Origin: Eledone cirrhosa | Lineage: Eukaryota | Direction of reading: 5' to 3' | DNA length: 64,000 nt | Assembly: GCA_964016885.1 (NCBI GenBank) | Contig: OZ024744.1 | Span: 34,658,001-34,722,000 of the forward strand | Shown here: piece by piece, positions 39,509 through 52,457 of the stretch | Layout: each line of letters opens with the position of its first letter | How positions within the stretch are numbered: the first letter of the stretch is position 1 | Position numbers and translations under genes: made by a program | The notes under the pieces: generated by a model | Databases searched by the model: none | What the model was told of the DNA's origin: nothing | What the model saw: the letters and a program-made list of their open reading frames with translations, nothing else

Positions 39509-42500
39509 CTATAGTCTGATGTAGAGTGAAGGCCCATTCACACGGGCCATTCTCGCCACTTTCACCCATCTTTCATAGAAACGGCTGGGGTGCAGCACCT
39601 CTCTCTCCATCCTGATCCTTCTTCCGAAATGATATCGGAAGAAACGGACCAGTTGTTGGCCAGAGAGAAAGGTGTCTGACCTCAGTCCTTTCAGACACGT
39701 CCACCATACAACCTCTTTCGCCATGGCTATTACGCACAGAAACACCGCCTCTCCTTCGTTTTTGAAGAGGGGAGGCGGCTTTATCGTTACAATAGACTCG
39801 GTGGTCAACCCGATCGGTCCCACCCTTGACAGCAGTTGTTCGACATAGCCCCACAGATCGGCAATGCCCGAGCAGTGTACCAATGCGTGTGCAACGGTTT
39901 CCTCGTCGCACACGCATCTGGGACAGATCTTTTTCGATGGGTCCCTACCCGGGCGCCCGTGTCTGTAGAGCCTTTCTCGAACGGGCAGAGCCCTTCTGTA
40001 GCATTGCCAGGCCAGGGACCTCTGGAAGTTATCCATGGGTCCCGGGCTGAATGTCCTACCGAACAGGTTGGCCAGTTCGTCTTCCTCCATGCCTAGGGCT
40101 TCTCCGAGGGCGTCGTCGCACCTGCTAACCACCAGCCCTCTATAGAATGACGAGGTGGATTCTCCACTGACAGCCGGGTCCGCCTGCCAGAGAGCCGTGA
40201 GCGCCTGGGCACACTCGGTGTGCCAGGCGCCCAGTTTTCTCGGTCTTTGCTTGACCCAGGATTGCGGCTCGGTGAGTGAGACGAGTCTGGGAAAGGCTCG
40301 CCTCACAAACGGGGCCCACACCGGTTGACCGGAGAGGAATACCTGAAGGTGCCGTAGCCTTAATGCGTGTTTACGTATCATTAGCCACGGCATCCCCAGC
40401 CCTCCTTTCGAAGGGTGTTGACAGCAGATGGATCTCCTCACCATAGGAGCCCGCTTCTTCCAAAGGAATTGGAAGAGTGCGCGCTCCATTTTGGCGAGCG
40501 TTTCCCTTGGGCAAGGCACAACGGTCAGGCGGTAGTAGATGACGGACGCTATATAAGTGTTCGCCACCTCCGTCCGACCTTTCAGGGACAGTTTGCACTC
40601 GGCCCACTTCTGGGTCAGTGCAAACACCCTGTTCGTCACCTCACCCCAGTTCTTCTCCACCTGGAGGTCTGGTCCGAACCAGACCCCGAGCAACTTCACC
40701 GGGCCCTCCGTCCAGCGCCCGACGACACCATCGGAGGGCATCGATCTTCCCCTCCACGTGCCGAGTTGCAGACCGATCGACTTGTCCCGGTTCAGCTTAG
40801 CCCCTGTAAACCTTTCGTACTCCTCCAGTAAGGTGCCGATCGCCCCGATTTCCGAGGCCGTCGACACCATTACTGTTACGTCATCGGCGTAGGCTGACAC
40901 CGCTTTCCGCAATCCCGGTTCCAACGGGATGCCCTGCAACAACTCCAACTCCCGCAGCAGTGGCTCTAGAGTCATTACATACAGAAGGGAGGAGAGAGGG
41001 CACCCCTGTCGAATGGACCGCGCGATTTCGAACGGCTCCGAGAGGTAGCCGTTCACCTTGACCCTAGAGCAGATGCGGCTGCTGTGCATGGCATTGATCC
41101 AGCCCCTGAAAACGGGTCCGAAGCCTGCCGCCGCTAGCACCGCATCCAGGTAACCATGGTCGACCCTATCGAATGCCTTAGATTGATCCAAGTTGATCAG
41201 GGCCCCACCAAATCCGGGTTCGTTCCCAACCCTCTCTATGATGTATCGCATGAGGTGGACGTTATCGTGGATGGACCTGGACGGGATAGCAAATGTCTGC
41301 GCATCTCCCACCAGGTTTCCCACGACAAGCGCCAACCTCTATGCTAGCACCTTGGCCAAAATCTGTAACTCTGTATTTAGCAGAGTTATGGGCCTGAAAT
41401 TATTTATATCGTCCCCCTTGTTCTCGTCCTTCCTCACTAGCGTGACTACGCCCTTGGTCACAGCACAGGGAATTCTCCCGTTCTGTTGCCAGTTGCAGTA
41501 GACCGCCTCGAGGAGATCGGGGAACAAGTCCGGCATAGCTAGATATAGTTCGTATGGAATACCATCGAGACCCGGGGATTTGCGTTTGCCGCATTGGCTC
41601 AGCACGACCTCTATCTAAGCGGCTGAAATCGGCTCCTCGCAGGACTTCGCCTCCCTGTCCGAGAGACGCGGCAGGCCGTCGAGGTATGGACCGAAGTCCA
41701 CGTCCCCAACCGGCCCCCGCCCCTTCCGAACAATCCGGCAAAGTGCTTTTGAAAAGCCTCGCACATCTGCTTAGGTTCAAGGATCACCCGTCCATCCTGG
41801 TCTCGCAAAGACCGGATAGTGGATCTGCTCCCTCTTTTGGCTTCTGTCACGCGGGCCCAGCTAACAGCTTTGGTCCCCTCGTTTCCCAGAGCACGTATTT
41901 TGCTTCGGACGATGCAGCCTTTGTGTTTCGCGTCGAAGAACTGGCCCAGGGCCGTTCTCGACGCTAGCACTCTGGCCACGTCGCCGCTTCTAATTGCCTC
42001 TTCTACACTATTTACCAACTCCCTTTCCTTCCTATTTCTATTGGAGGCTAACTCCTTACTAAATTCTATAGAGACTACTCTAATCTCTCTTTTGAGAGAT
42101 CCCCACCACCTGCTGTTGACGATGGCGCCCGTCAGCCGCTCCTTAACTAAAGTGCTAATCCGGTCCCTGTAAGCCTTACTTGCCGGTAAGGACAAGTTGA
42201 GCTTCCAGTAACCGGGTCCCTGTCTAAGAGTTCTGTCAAGGTTGATCATGCAGGTCACTAACTTGTGGTCTGAATAGCCAACCATGCGCATTTTTGGACA
42301 ACTTAAAAATTCCTTATCCTTAATTCTAACTAAGAACCTATCTAGGTACGACCTAGATGATCCGCTACGATTTTCCCAAGTCCAGGTTGGCGCAGTCGGA
42401 AAATCTAGTCGATATTTATCGGCCAGGTCAAATCGACCGATTAACCCTTTGAGGCTATTACACCCCTCTCTATCGGGACAGGCCCCTACGTAGTCCCAGC

Positions 42501-42945
42501 GTGCATCTAGGATACCATTCCAGTCCCCCACTAATAGCAAGGAGCGGGACGTCCCTAGAAAAGGCTCCAGACGATGGAAGAAGTCCGGCCGCATTGACCC
42601 GAAAGGGCCGTAGGCGGCTACCAACCTAAACGCTCCGCCTTTACCACTGCCAAGGTCCAGAACCACTAGTCGACCCTCCGGGTCCAAATGTACCATCTGT
42701 GTTGCGAGACCCAGATGTTTTTGCAGCAGAACGACAACTCCACCCCCACCTCCGGGCTGACAGAGAGATGCGTGCATCTCAAAGTCATCAAAGGTGGGGG
42801 CCAGCTGTCGCACGTTGCTGATCCGGGCCTCGCAAATAACCATCACATCTATACGTTGTGACCTGAGGTCATTTAGAAGCATTGCTTGCTTCCAAGTTGA
42901 GCCCAGGCCACGCGCATTTAAACAGCCTACTCTTAGCATAGCCAT
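39509..42945 (-). pseudogene. Tx1 ORF2 (APE endonuclease-RT-CCHC), broken by frameshift and stop at ~41340-41720
   Basis: CLNARGL, GDWN, SYLDRF, SDH; KSPGLDG, FRPITLLN, LDQSKAFD, QGCPLS, YADD; CPRC..H...C. Confidence 0.93.
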
Positions 42946-42969
42946 GTTGGTGGTGAAGAGAAAAGGCAC

Positions 42970-44745
42970 TTACCTCTCTGCGTCCCGGGCATCGGGCTGC
43001 ACAATTTCCATTAAGGTGGGGTGTTGGTTTGTGGAAGTGTAGGGGCATCAGTGTGTTGTGTGGTTGGGGAGCTTGGAGTTGTGTGGGTGTTTGGGGAGGG
43101 GTGGGGTAGTTTTTTAGGAGGACGCGGTTAATGGGCCCGACGCAGGGGTACCCACGTCCTCTTTAAAATTGTTTTTTAAAGTTTTATAGGTGTCCTGTGG
43201 GGCCTTAATCATTTTGAGGTGGGGGAAATCCCCTGCCTGGGTGAAGTTAGGCCCTTGTGTTTTTATTAGATTGTTGTTGTACACAATGTTTAACAGTTTT
43301 TTGTTTCTTGTGTTTATGTATGTGTATGCATGTTTTTGTTTTTGTGTGGTGTTTTTTGTTTGCTGTTGTTGTGAGCTCTTTTGTGTTGGTGTCAGTGTTA
43401 TGTTTTGGGGAGGGGTTGTTTTCATTTGTGTGTCTGAGGTGTGTTTTCTTTTTTTTCTTTTGATTGTGTGGAAGTGCTCCTCCTCGTCTGACGACGAACT
43501 AGGGTCATCTTCCGCGTTGGATGGGAGGGGTATATTTTCGGGTTGTGTTTACGGTGCGGGTGTTTTGGAAATTGTTTTTGTTTTTTGAGTGGAGGGGATG
43601 GGTTGGACATTGTTTTGTTTTGGTTTGAGCTGTGGTGGTTGTTTTTGTAGTGGTAGTTGTGGTGATTGTGTTGGTTGTGCAGTTGTTGGTGGTGTAGGCA
43701 GGATTGGGGTTTTCTTATTAAGTTGGGGACAGACAGCCCTCATGTGACCTCTGGTTCCGCAGAGGTAACACGAGGGCCGTCTACCCTCAACGCTAATGTT
43801 GATGAAGGTTAGATCATCCAGTATGACGCGTTCAGGGATCTGGGCGATCCTTTCGGGCCTCATTTGAACTACAAGTTCGAGGCTCGTTCCACTGAACGCG
43901 TCACCCGATGCCTTTCCCATGGACACCAGCATGTCATCCTCCAGGTCCAGGAAACCCGTCAAAACCCACCATATGTCCATAATCGGCAGGATGGTGTGGA
44001 TTTTTATTTTTTGTGTTCTTCTACCCATGTACGTAGGGTAGAAGGTGTATGCGGTGGATGTGATTGGTTTGATGGACAGTTTCACTGCTGTGTCCCTGTC
44101 CTTCATGAGAATGGATAGACTCCCGTAGAGTCTATCCGTCTGAATGAAGGTGATGTCCTTCATGACGTCTTTTAAAACCAGCTCTATCTCACTCTGTGAT
44201 GGTTGAGCTGGTTTTTTACTTTTATTTGAGATTGTCCTAAACATGACCGTGTTTAGGAGTCTCTGGCTTTTTAGTTCCGGGGGGAAATGGATTGTGAATG
44301 AACCGTTTTCCCCGTACACTATATATTTTTTCGCATCTGCCAGTAGTTCCTTCGCTTTGGTTATATCTACTGGCAGATAGTCGAGGGTTTTCCTTGTCGT
44401 CTCGGCGAAGGAGAAATTTTGTTTGTTTGTGTTGTTGTTGTCGTTGGTGGTGTTGTTGTTATCATTGTTGTTGTTGTCACAGTTATTGGCCTTGTTGTTG
44501 TTGTTATTGTTATTGGTGTTGTTTTCGTCCGTCGTATTGTTGTTGTTGTTGTTGCTGTTGCTGGTGCCGCTGGTTCTTTGGGTTGTTGCCATGGCAACGT
44601 CAAGTTGTCGGTTAACAGGTGGAGAGAATTCTTCCTCTGGCTGACCTTTCTTCTTGACCTCTGCTACTGTGACAGTGGCAGGGGGAAGCTGTAAGTTTAT
44701 CTTCCCCTTTCCTCCTTCGAATTTTGGTGAAGAAGCTTCGGCCAT
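42970..44745 (-). pseudogene. Tx1 ORF1 (gag-like zinc knuckle), frameshifted near 43550
   Basis: 398-aa ORF with CYLCGTRGHMRAVC, poly-Asn tract; C-terminus is open in copy C (49675..50510). Confidence 0.88.
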
Positions 44746-44974
44746 TTAAAAAAATATTGACTTTTCAACAAGAAAAAACTTTTTTTTGTTTAACTATTTC
44801 GCCTAAAGGCGTAGAATATTTTGAGAGACTGACCAGATCAAAGTTTGACCTGGCAGTCCCTCTACAAAATGGTACAAAAATGAAAGTTCACAGTTTACAA
44901 TTTCCGGATGAATTTAAACAAAACTTACCGAGCGAGCTCAGCACATGTGTCCATCGTTAAGAGATATAGATAGA

Positions 44975-45940
44975 TTTCTTTATTTGCCACAAGGGCGCAC
45001 AAGAAGAGGGGACAATACAAGGACAAATGCCGGGGATTTTACATACAGTCGTGTAAAAATATTGAAACAAACAATCATAACAATCGAAATCCCAATAAGG
45101 AGGAGGCGCCACAAATGGTTGTTTAATACCCCGTCGATAGAACAACCCTCAACTTCAGGAGCGTGTTGTGCAAGTGCTCTCTTCTTTAATCTACAGGCTT
45201 ATAAACAGAGAAGGGCCAATCACCTGGGCAATTTTCGCTTCATTCACCCACCTTTCAGTAAATTTACTGGGGTGCAGTGCCTCTCTCTCCACTCTGATTC
45301 TCCTTCTAAAGTGATACTTAAAGAAGGGAATCAATTGTTGTCCGGAGAGAAAGGCATCTGTCCTCAGTCCTCTCAATTTCGTCCACCATATCACCTCTTT
45401 CATCATAGCCACTATACAGAGGAAAACCGCCTCTCTTTCGTTTTTGAAAGAGGCTGGCGGTTTGATCCTTACTATGGACTCAGCAGTCAAATAGATTTGT
45501 CCCATACGCGACAGCAGTTGTTCTGCATAGTTCCACAGGTAGGTTACGCCCGAGCAGTGTACAATTGCGTGAAAGACGGTTTCAATGTCCTGCTCGCACC
45601 TTGGACACGTCCTCTTGGAAGGATCCCTGCCGGGGCGCCCGTTCCTGTAGATCTTATCTCGAACGGGTAGAGCTCCTCGGTAGCACTGCCAGGCCAGGGA
45701 CCTCTGGAAGTTGTCCATAGGTCCCGGGCGGAAAGTCCTACCGAACAGACTGGTGAGATCGTCGTCTTCGACGCCTAGAGTCTCCCCGAGCACGTCGTCG
45801 CAATTGTAAAGTACTAACCCTCTATAGAATTTCGAAGTGGAGTCTCCACTGATTGCTGTGCCCGCTTGACAGAGGACCGTGAGCGCCTGGGCGCATTCAA
45901 TGTGCCAGGTGCCCATCTTCTTCGGTTTTCGTTTGACCCA
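44975..45940 (-). mobile_element. Tx1 copy B, 5'-truncated, diverged subfamily
   Basis: ORF 45191..45916 homologous to the ORF2 C-terminus, different 3'UTR; GATA units on both sides. Confidence 0.9.
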
Positions 45941-45950
45941 TAGATAGATA

Positions 45951-48900
45951 TATTTCTTTTATTTGCCACTAGGGCATCAAAAGTGGGACAAGTACAAAGG
46001 GGGGAGTTTACACAAAAAGGCGTCCTCAATAAGGAGGAGGCAATAACAAAATATAAAAATAAAATAAGATATAACAAAAAATAAAATTTTTAACAAAATC
46101 CTCAATAGAGAGGAGGCGCCTTGGGGGGTCGCACACACCCCCGAAAAAAGTGTGCAACCCTTCCTCAGGAGCACAGAGAAGGGGTGCTCCCTTGGTCTTT
46201 CATCTTCCTCACCTATAGTCTGATGTAGAGTGAAGGCCCATTCACACGGGCCATTCTCGCCACTTTCACCCATCTTTCATAGAAACGGCTGGGGTGCAGC
46301 ACCTCTCTCTCCATCCTGATCCTTCTTCCAAAATGATATCGGAAGAAACGGACCAGTTGTTGGCCAGAGAGAAAGGTGCCCGACCTCAGTCCTTTCAGAC
46401 GCGTCCACCATACAACCTCTTTCGCCATGGCTATTACGCACAGAAACACCGCCTCTGCTTCATCTTTGAAGGGGGGAGGCGGCTTGATCATTACAATAGA
46501 CTCGGTGGTCAACCGGATCGGTCCCACCCTTGACAGCAGTTGTTCGACATAGCCCCACAGATCGGCTACGCCCGAGCAGTGTACTAATGCGTGTGCAACG
46601 GTTTCCTCGTCGCACACACATCTGGGACAGATCTTTTTGGCGGGGTCCCTACCCGGGCGCCCGTGTCTGTAGAGCCTTTCTCGAACGGGTAAAGCCCCTC
46701 GGTAGCACTGCCAGGCCAGGGACTTCTGGAAGTTGTCCATAGGTCCCGGGCTGAATGTCCTACCGAACAGGCTGGCCAGTTCGTCCTCCTCCATGTCTAG
46801 GGCTTCTCCGAGGGCGTCGTCGCACCTGCTGCGTACCAGCCCTCTATAGAATGTTGCGGTGGAGTCTCCACTGATAACCGGATCTGCCTGCCAGAGGGCG
46901 GTGAGCGCCTGGGCACACTCAGTGTGCCAGGCGCCCAGTTTTCTCGGTCTTTGCTTGACCCAGGATTGCAGCTCGGTGAGTGAGACGAGTCTGGGAAAGG
47001 TTCGTCTCACAAACGAGGCCCACACCGGTTGTCCGGTGAGGAATACGTAGAGGTGCCGTAGCCTTAATGCGTGTTTACGCATCATTAGCCACGGCATCCC
47101 CAGCCCTCCTTTCGAAGGGTGTTGACAGCAGATGGATCTCCTCACCATAGGAGCCCGCCTCTTCCAAAGGAATTGGAAGAGCGCGCGCTCCATCTTGGTG
47201 AGGGTTTCCCTTGGGCAGGGCACTACGGTCAGGCGGTAGTAGATGACGGACGCTATGTAGGTGTTCGCCACCTCCGCCCGACCTTTCAGGGATAGTTTGC
47301 AACTGGCCCACTTCTGGGTCAGTGCAAACACCCTGTTCGTAACCTCCGCCCAGTTTTTCTCCACCTGGAGGTCCGGTCCGAACCAGACCCCGAGCAACTT
47401 CACCGGGCCCTCCGTCCAGCGTCCGACGACGCTATCGGAGGGCATCGGTCTGCCCCTCCACGTGCCGAGTTGCAAACCGATCGACTTGTCCCGGTTCAGC
47501 TTAGCCCCTGTGAACTTTTCGTACTCCTCCAGTAAGGTGCCGACCGCCTCGATTTCGGAGGCCGTCGACACCATTACTGTCACGTCATCGGCGTAGGCCG
47601 ACACCGCTTTCCGCAATCCCGGTTCCAAAGGGATGCCCTGCAACAACTCCAACTTCCGCAGTAGTGGCTCGAGAGTCAACACATACAGAAGGGAGGAGAG
47701 AGGGCACCCTTGTCGGATGGACCGCGCGATTTTGAACGGCTCCGAGAGGTAGCCGTTCACCTTGACCCTAGAGCAGATGCGGCTGCTGTGCATAGCAGTG
47801 ATCCAGCCCCTGAAAACGGGTCCGAAGCCTGCCGCCGCTAGCACCGCATCCAGGTAACCATGGTCGACCCTATCGAACGCCTTAGATTGATCCAAGTTGA
47901 TCAGAGCCCCACCAAAGCCGGGTTCGTTCCCAACCCTCTCTATGATGTATCGCATGAGGTGGAGGTTGTCATGGATGGACCTGGACGGGATAGCGCATGT
48001 CTGCGCATCTCCCACCAGGTTGCCCACGACAAGCGCCAACCTCTTTGCTAGCACCTTGGCCAAAATCTGTAACTCTGTATTTAGCAGAGTTATGGGCCTG
48101 AAGTTACTTATTTCGTCCCCCTTGTTCTCGTCCTTCCTCACTAGCGTGACTACGCCCTTGGTCACAGTACAGGGAATTCTCCCGTTCTGTTGCCAGTTGC
48201 AGTAGACCGCCTCGAGGAGATCGGGGAACAAGTCCGGCATAGCTAGATATAATTCGTAAGGAAGACCATCGAGACCCGGGGATTTGCGTTTGCCGCATTG
48301 GCTCAGCACGTCCTCTATCTCAGCGGCCGAAATCGGCTCCTCGCAGGACTTCGCCTCCCTGTCCGAGAGGCGCGGCAGGCCGTCGAGGTATGGACCGAAG
48401 TCCACGTTCCCAACCGGCTCCCCGCCCCTCCCGAACAGTCGGGCAAAGTGCCTTTGAAAGGCCTCACACATCTGCTTAGGCTCAAGAATCGCCCGTCCAT
48501 CCAGGTCTCACAAAGACCGGATGGTGGATTTAGTTCCACTGTTGGCCTCTGTCACGCGGGCCCAGCTAACAGCTTTGGTCCCCTCGTTCCCTAGAGCACG
48601 TATTTTACTTCGGACAACGCAGCCTTCGTGCTTCGCGTCGAAAAACTGGCTCAAAGCCGTTCTCGACGCTAGCACTCTGGCCACGTCGCCGCTTCTAATT
48701 GCCTCTTCTACTCTATCTATTAGCTCCCTTTCCTTCCTATTCCTATCCGCAGCTAGAACCTTACTAAATTCTATCGAGACTACTCTAATCTCTCTCTTTA
48801 GAGATACCCACCACCTGCTGTTGACGATCGCTCCAGTCAACCGTTCCTTAACTAACGTACTAATCCGATTCCTGTAGGCTCTACTTGCCGGCAAGGACAA

Positions 48901-50510
48901 GTTGAGCTTCCAGTAACCGGGGCCCTGTCTATGAGTTCTGTCAAGGTTGACCATGCAGGTCACTAATCTGTGGTCTGAATAGCCGACAATGCGCATTTTT
49001 GGACAACTTAAAAAGTCCTTATCCTTAATTCTAACTAAGAACCTATCTAGGTACGACCTAGATGATCCGCTACGATTTGCCCAAGTCCAGGTTGGCGCAG
49101 TCGGAAAATCTAGTCGATATCTATCGGCCAGGTCAAATCGACCGATTATCCCTTTGAGGCTATTACACCCCTCTCTATCGGGGCAGGCCCCTACGTAGTC
49201 CCAGCGTACATCTAGGATACCATTCCAGTCCCCCACTAATAGCAAGGAGCGGGACGTCCCTAGAAAAGTCTCCAGACGATGGAAGAAGTCCGGCCGCATT
49301 GACCCGAAAGGGCCGTAGGCGGCTACCAACCTAAACGCTCCGCCTTTACCGCTGCCAAGGTCCAGAACCACTAGTCGACCCTCCGGGTCCAAATGTACCA
49401 TCTGTGTTGCGAGACCCAGATGTTTTTGCAGCAGAACGACAACTCCACCTCCACCTCCGGGCTGACAGAGAGATGCGTGCATCTCAAAGTCATCAAAGGT
49501 GGGGGCCAGCTGTCGCACGTTGCTGATCCGGGCCTTGCAAATAACCATCACATCTATACGTTGTGACCTGAGGTCATTTAGAAGCATTGCTTGCTTCCAA
49601 GTTGAGCCCAGGCCACGCGCATTTAAACAGCCTACTCTTAGCATAGCCATGTTGGTGGTGAAGAGAAAAGGCACTTACCTCTCTGCGTCCCGGGTATCGG
49701 GCTGCACAATTTCCATTAGGCTGGGGGATGGGTTGTTGGGTGGGGTGGTGGTTTGTGGAAGTGTGGGGGCATCAGTGTGTTGTGTGGTTGGGGAGCTTGG
49801 AGTTGTGAGGGTGTTTGGGGAGGGGGTGGGATAGTTTTTTAGGAGGACGCGGTTAATGGGCCCGACGCAGGGGGGACCCACGTCCTCTTTAAAATTGTTT
49901 TTTAAAGTTTTATAGGTGTCCTGTGGGGCCTTAATCATTTTGAGGTGGGGGAAATCCCCTGCCTGGGTGAAGTTAGGCCCTTGTGTTTTTATTAGATTGT
50001 TGTTGTACACAATGTTTAACAGTTTTTTGTTTCTTGTATTTATGTATGTGTATGCATGTTTTTGTTTTTGTGTGGTGTTTTTTGTTTGCTGTTGTGAGCT
50101 CTTTTGTGTTGGTGTCAGTGTTATGTTTTGGGGAGGGGTTTTTTTCATTTGTGTGTCTGAGGTGTGTTTTCTTTTTTTTCTTTTGATTGTGTGGAAGTGC
50201 TCCTCCTCGTCTGACGACGAACTAGGGTCATCTTCCGCGTTGGAGGGGAGGGGTATATTTTCGGGTTGTGTTTGCGGTACGGGTGTTTTGGAAATTGTTT
50301 TTGTTTTTTGAGTGGAGGGGATGGGTTGGACATTGTTTTGTTTTGGTTTGAGCTGTGGTGGTTGTTTTTGTAGTGGTAGTTGTGGTGGTTGTGCAGTTGT
50401 TGGTGGTGTAGGCAGGATTGGGGTTTTCTTATTAAGTTGGGGACAGACAGCCCTCAGGTGACCTCTGGTTCCGCAGAGGTAACACGAGGGCCGTCTACCC
50501 TCAACGGTAA
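45951..50510 (-). mobile_element. Tx1 copy C, truncated inside ORF1
   Basis: close relative of copy A; 5' end abuts (GATA)n 50512-50553. Confidence 0.95.
46213..49650 (-). pseudogene. Tx1 ORF2 with a single frameshift near 48510
   Basis: ORFs 48508..49674 (APE) and 46213..48471 (RT + CCHC). Confidence 0.93.
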
Positions 50511-50511
50511 T

Positions 50512-50960
<449 letters not shown>

Positions 50961-50961
<1 letters not shown>

Positions 50962-51150
50962 GGGTCAAGCGAAGACCGAAGAAGATGGGCGCCTGGCACA
51001 TTGAATGCGCCCAGGCGCTCACAGTCCTCTGTCAAGCCGGCACAGCAATCAGTGGAGACTCCACTTCGACATTCTATAGAGGGTTAGTACTTTACAAGTG
51101 CGACGACGTGCTCGAGTGGACTCTAGGCGTCGAAGACGACGAGCTCACCA
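50961..51150 (+). mobile_element. Tx1 fragment of the copy-B subfamily
   Basis: MGAWHIECAQALTVLCQAGTAISGDSTS matches ORF 45191..45916. Confidence 0.88.
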
Positions 51151-51163
51151 GTATATATATATA

Positions 51164-51239
<76 letters not shown>

Positions 51240-51345
51240 TATATATATAACAAGAAATGTACTTAAGCGAAGAATGAACTGTGATGTGAATTTAACCTTA
51301 AAACCCCTCCTGGGTCGCGTATTGGTCATTTTTTTGTTTTCCATT

Positions 51346-51383
51346 CCCTTGATAAGCCCGTCCTAGGCGAAACGTACGTTGGT
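51346..51383 (+). ncRNA. minimal hammerhead, U3-A8 variant
   Basis: CC-UUGAUAA-GCC CGUCCUA GGC-GAA-ACGUACGU-U-GG; stem I weak. Confidence 0.65.
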
Positions 51384-51579
51384 CCATTGTTATATAAACA
51401 TATTTTAACGGTATATACTCGTTCGTATTCATTTCTTTTATAATCGCTCTGCTTATTTTCTCGCCCACTAAATATTAACGCTTCTAATATTTAACTCTGT
51501 AGGCCCAAGTATTGAGCACATTTACACAAATATATGTATCGCTTATCTTTCCTTTTTTCTCTCTCTCGATATTTAAACA

Positions 51580-51666
<87 letters not shown>

Positions 51667-51672
<6 letters not shown>

Positions 51673-52144
51673 TATGTATACGTTCATACATATATGTATA
51701 CAGACGTACAGTAGTATGTATATATATATACATACATGCACACATATATATATGTACGTACGGATTCACCGTACATTTATTATAATGCTCGGCCGATTAA
51801 CTCACTCGATATGCAAATTAGGCTGCTCAGCCGTTAATATGCATAAGGAAAGTATATACTCTCAGACGTTCAACCATCTGGCAGGAAGGTATACGTTGCT
51901 GACGATAGCTAATAAGCTTGAAACTAGTACAGCGCCCCTTTGCCAGTGTTGAACAAATGAGCAACGATGGTTGCTAGACACTGTACGGCTTAATTCGAGA
52001 TGTTTGTTTACAAACACACCGAGCATTATAATAAATGTTCGGTGAATCCATACGTACATATATATATGTGTGCATGTATGTATATATATATACATACTAC
52101 TGTACGTCCGTATACATATATGTATGTACGTATACATACTTATA
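51667..52144. repeat. inverted repeat (51667-51792 / 52019-52144) enclosing a hammerhead; (TA)n on both sides
   Basis: direct, few mismatches. Confidence 0.9.
51868..51954 (+). ncRNA. type I hammerhead with long stem I
   Basis: core 51894-51934 CGUUG-CUGACGA-U-AGCU AAUA AGCU-U-GAA-ACUAGU-A-CAGCG; stem I extends CUGGCAG/UUGCCAG and GUUCAAC/GUUGAAC. Confidence 0.85.
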
Positions 52145-52198
52145 TTTAAGTAACAGTCGTACTAAGAGTGAGAAATGAAATTTCGTTTCATTTTTTCC

Positions 52199-52262
<64 letters not shown>

Positions 52263-52457
52263 CCCGTAGCGCAAATATTTATTATTTGTACAAATTAAAG
52301 TTTAAGAAAGAACCGTTGCTTTCACCCTTTTACGGGATCTTCTGAAACTGAGAAAAATCAATCTGAAGAAGTTTTCGTAGAAATATTAAGATGATGTTTC
52401 TGCATATTGGTTCAAAATCTGAAGAGTTCTCAAACGAAGAAGCCAAATAGTAATAAT

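Larger units (their letters stand above)
39243..44958 (-). mobile_element. Tx1/L1-clade LINE copy A, near full length (~5.7 kb)
   Basis: 5'UTR + ORF1 + ORF2 + 3'UTR; (GATA)n at 39221-39242 and GATA units at 44962-44974. Confidence 0.95.
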
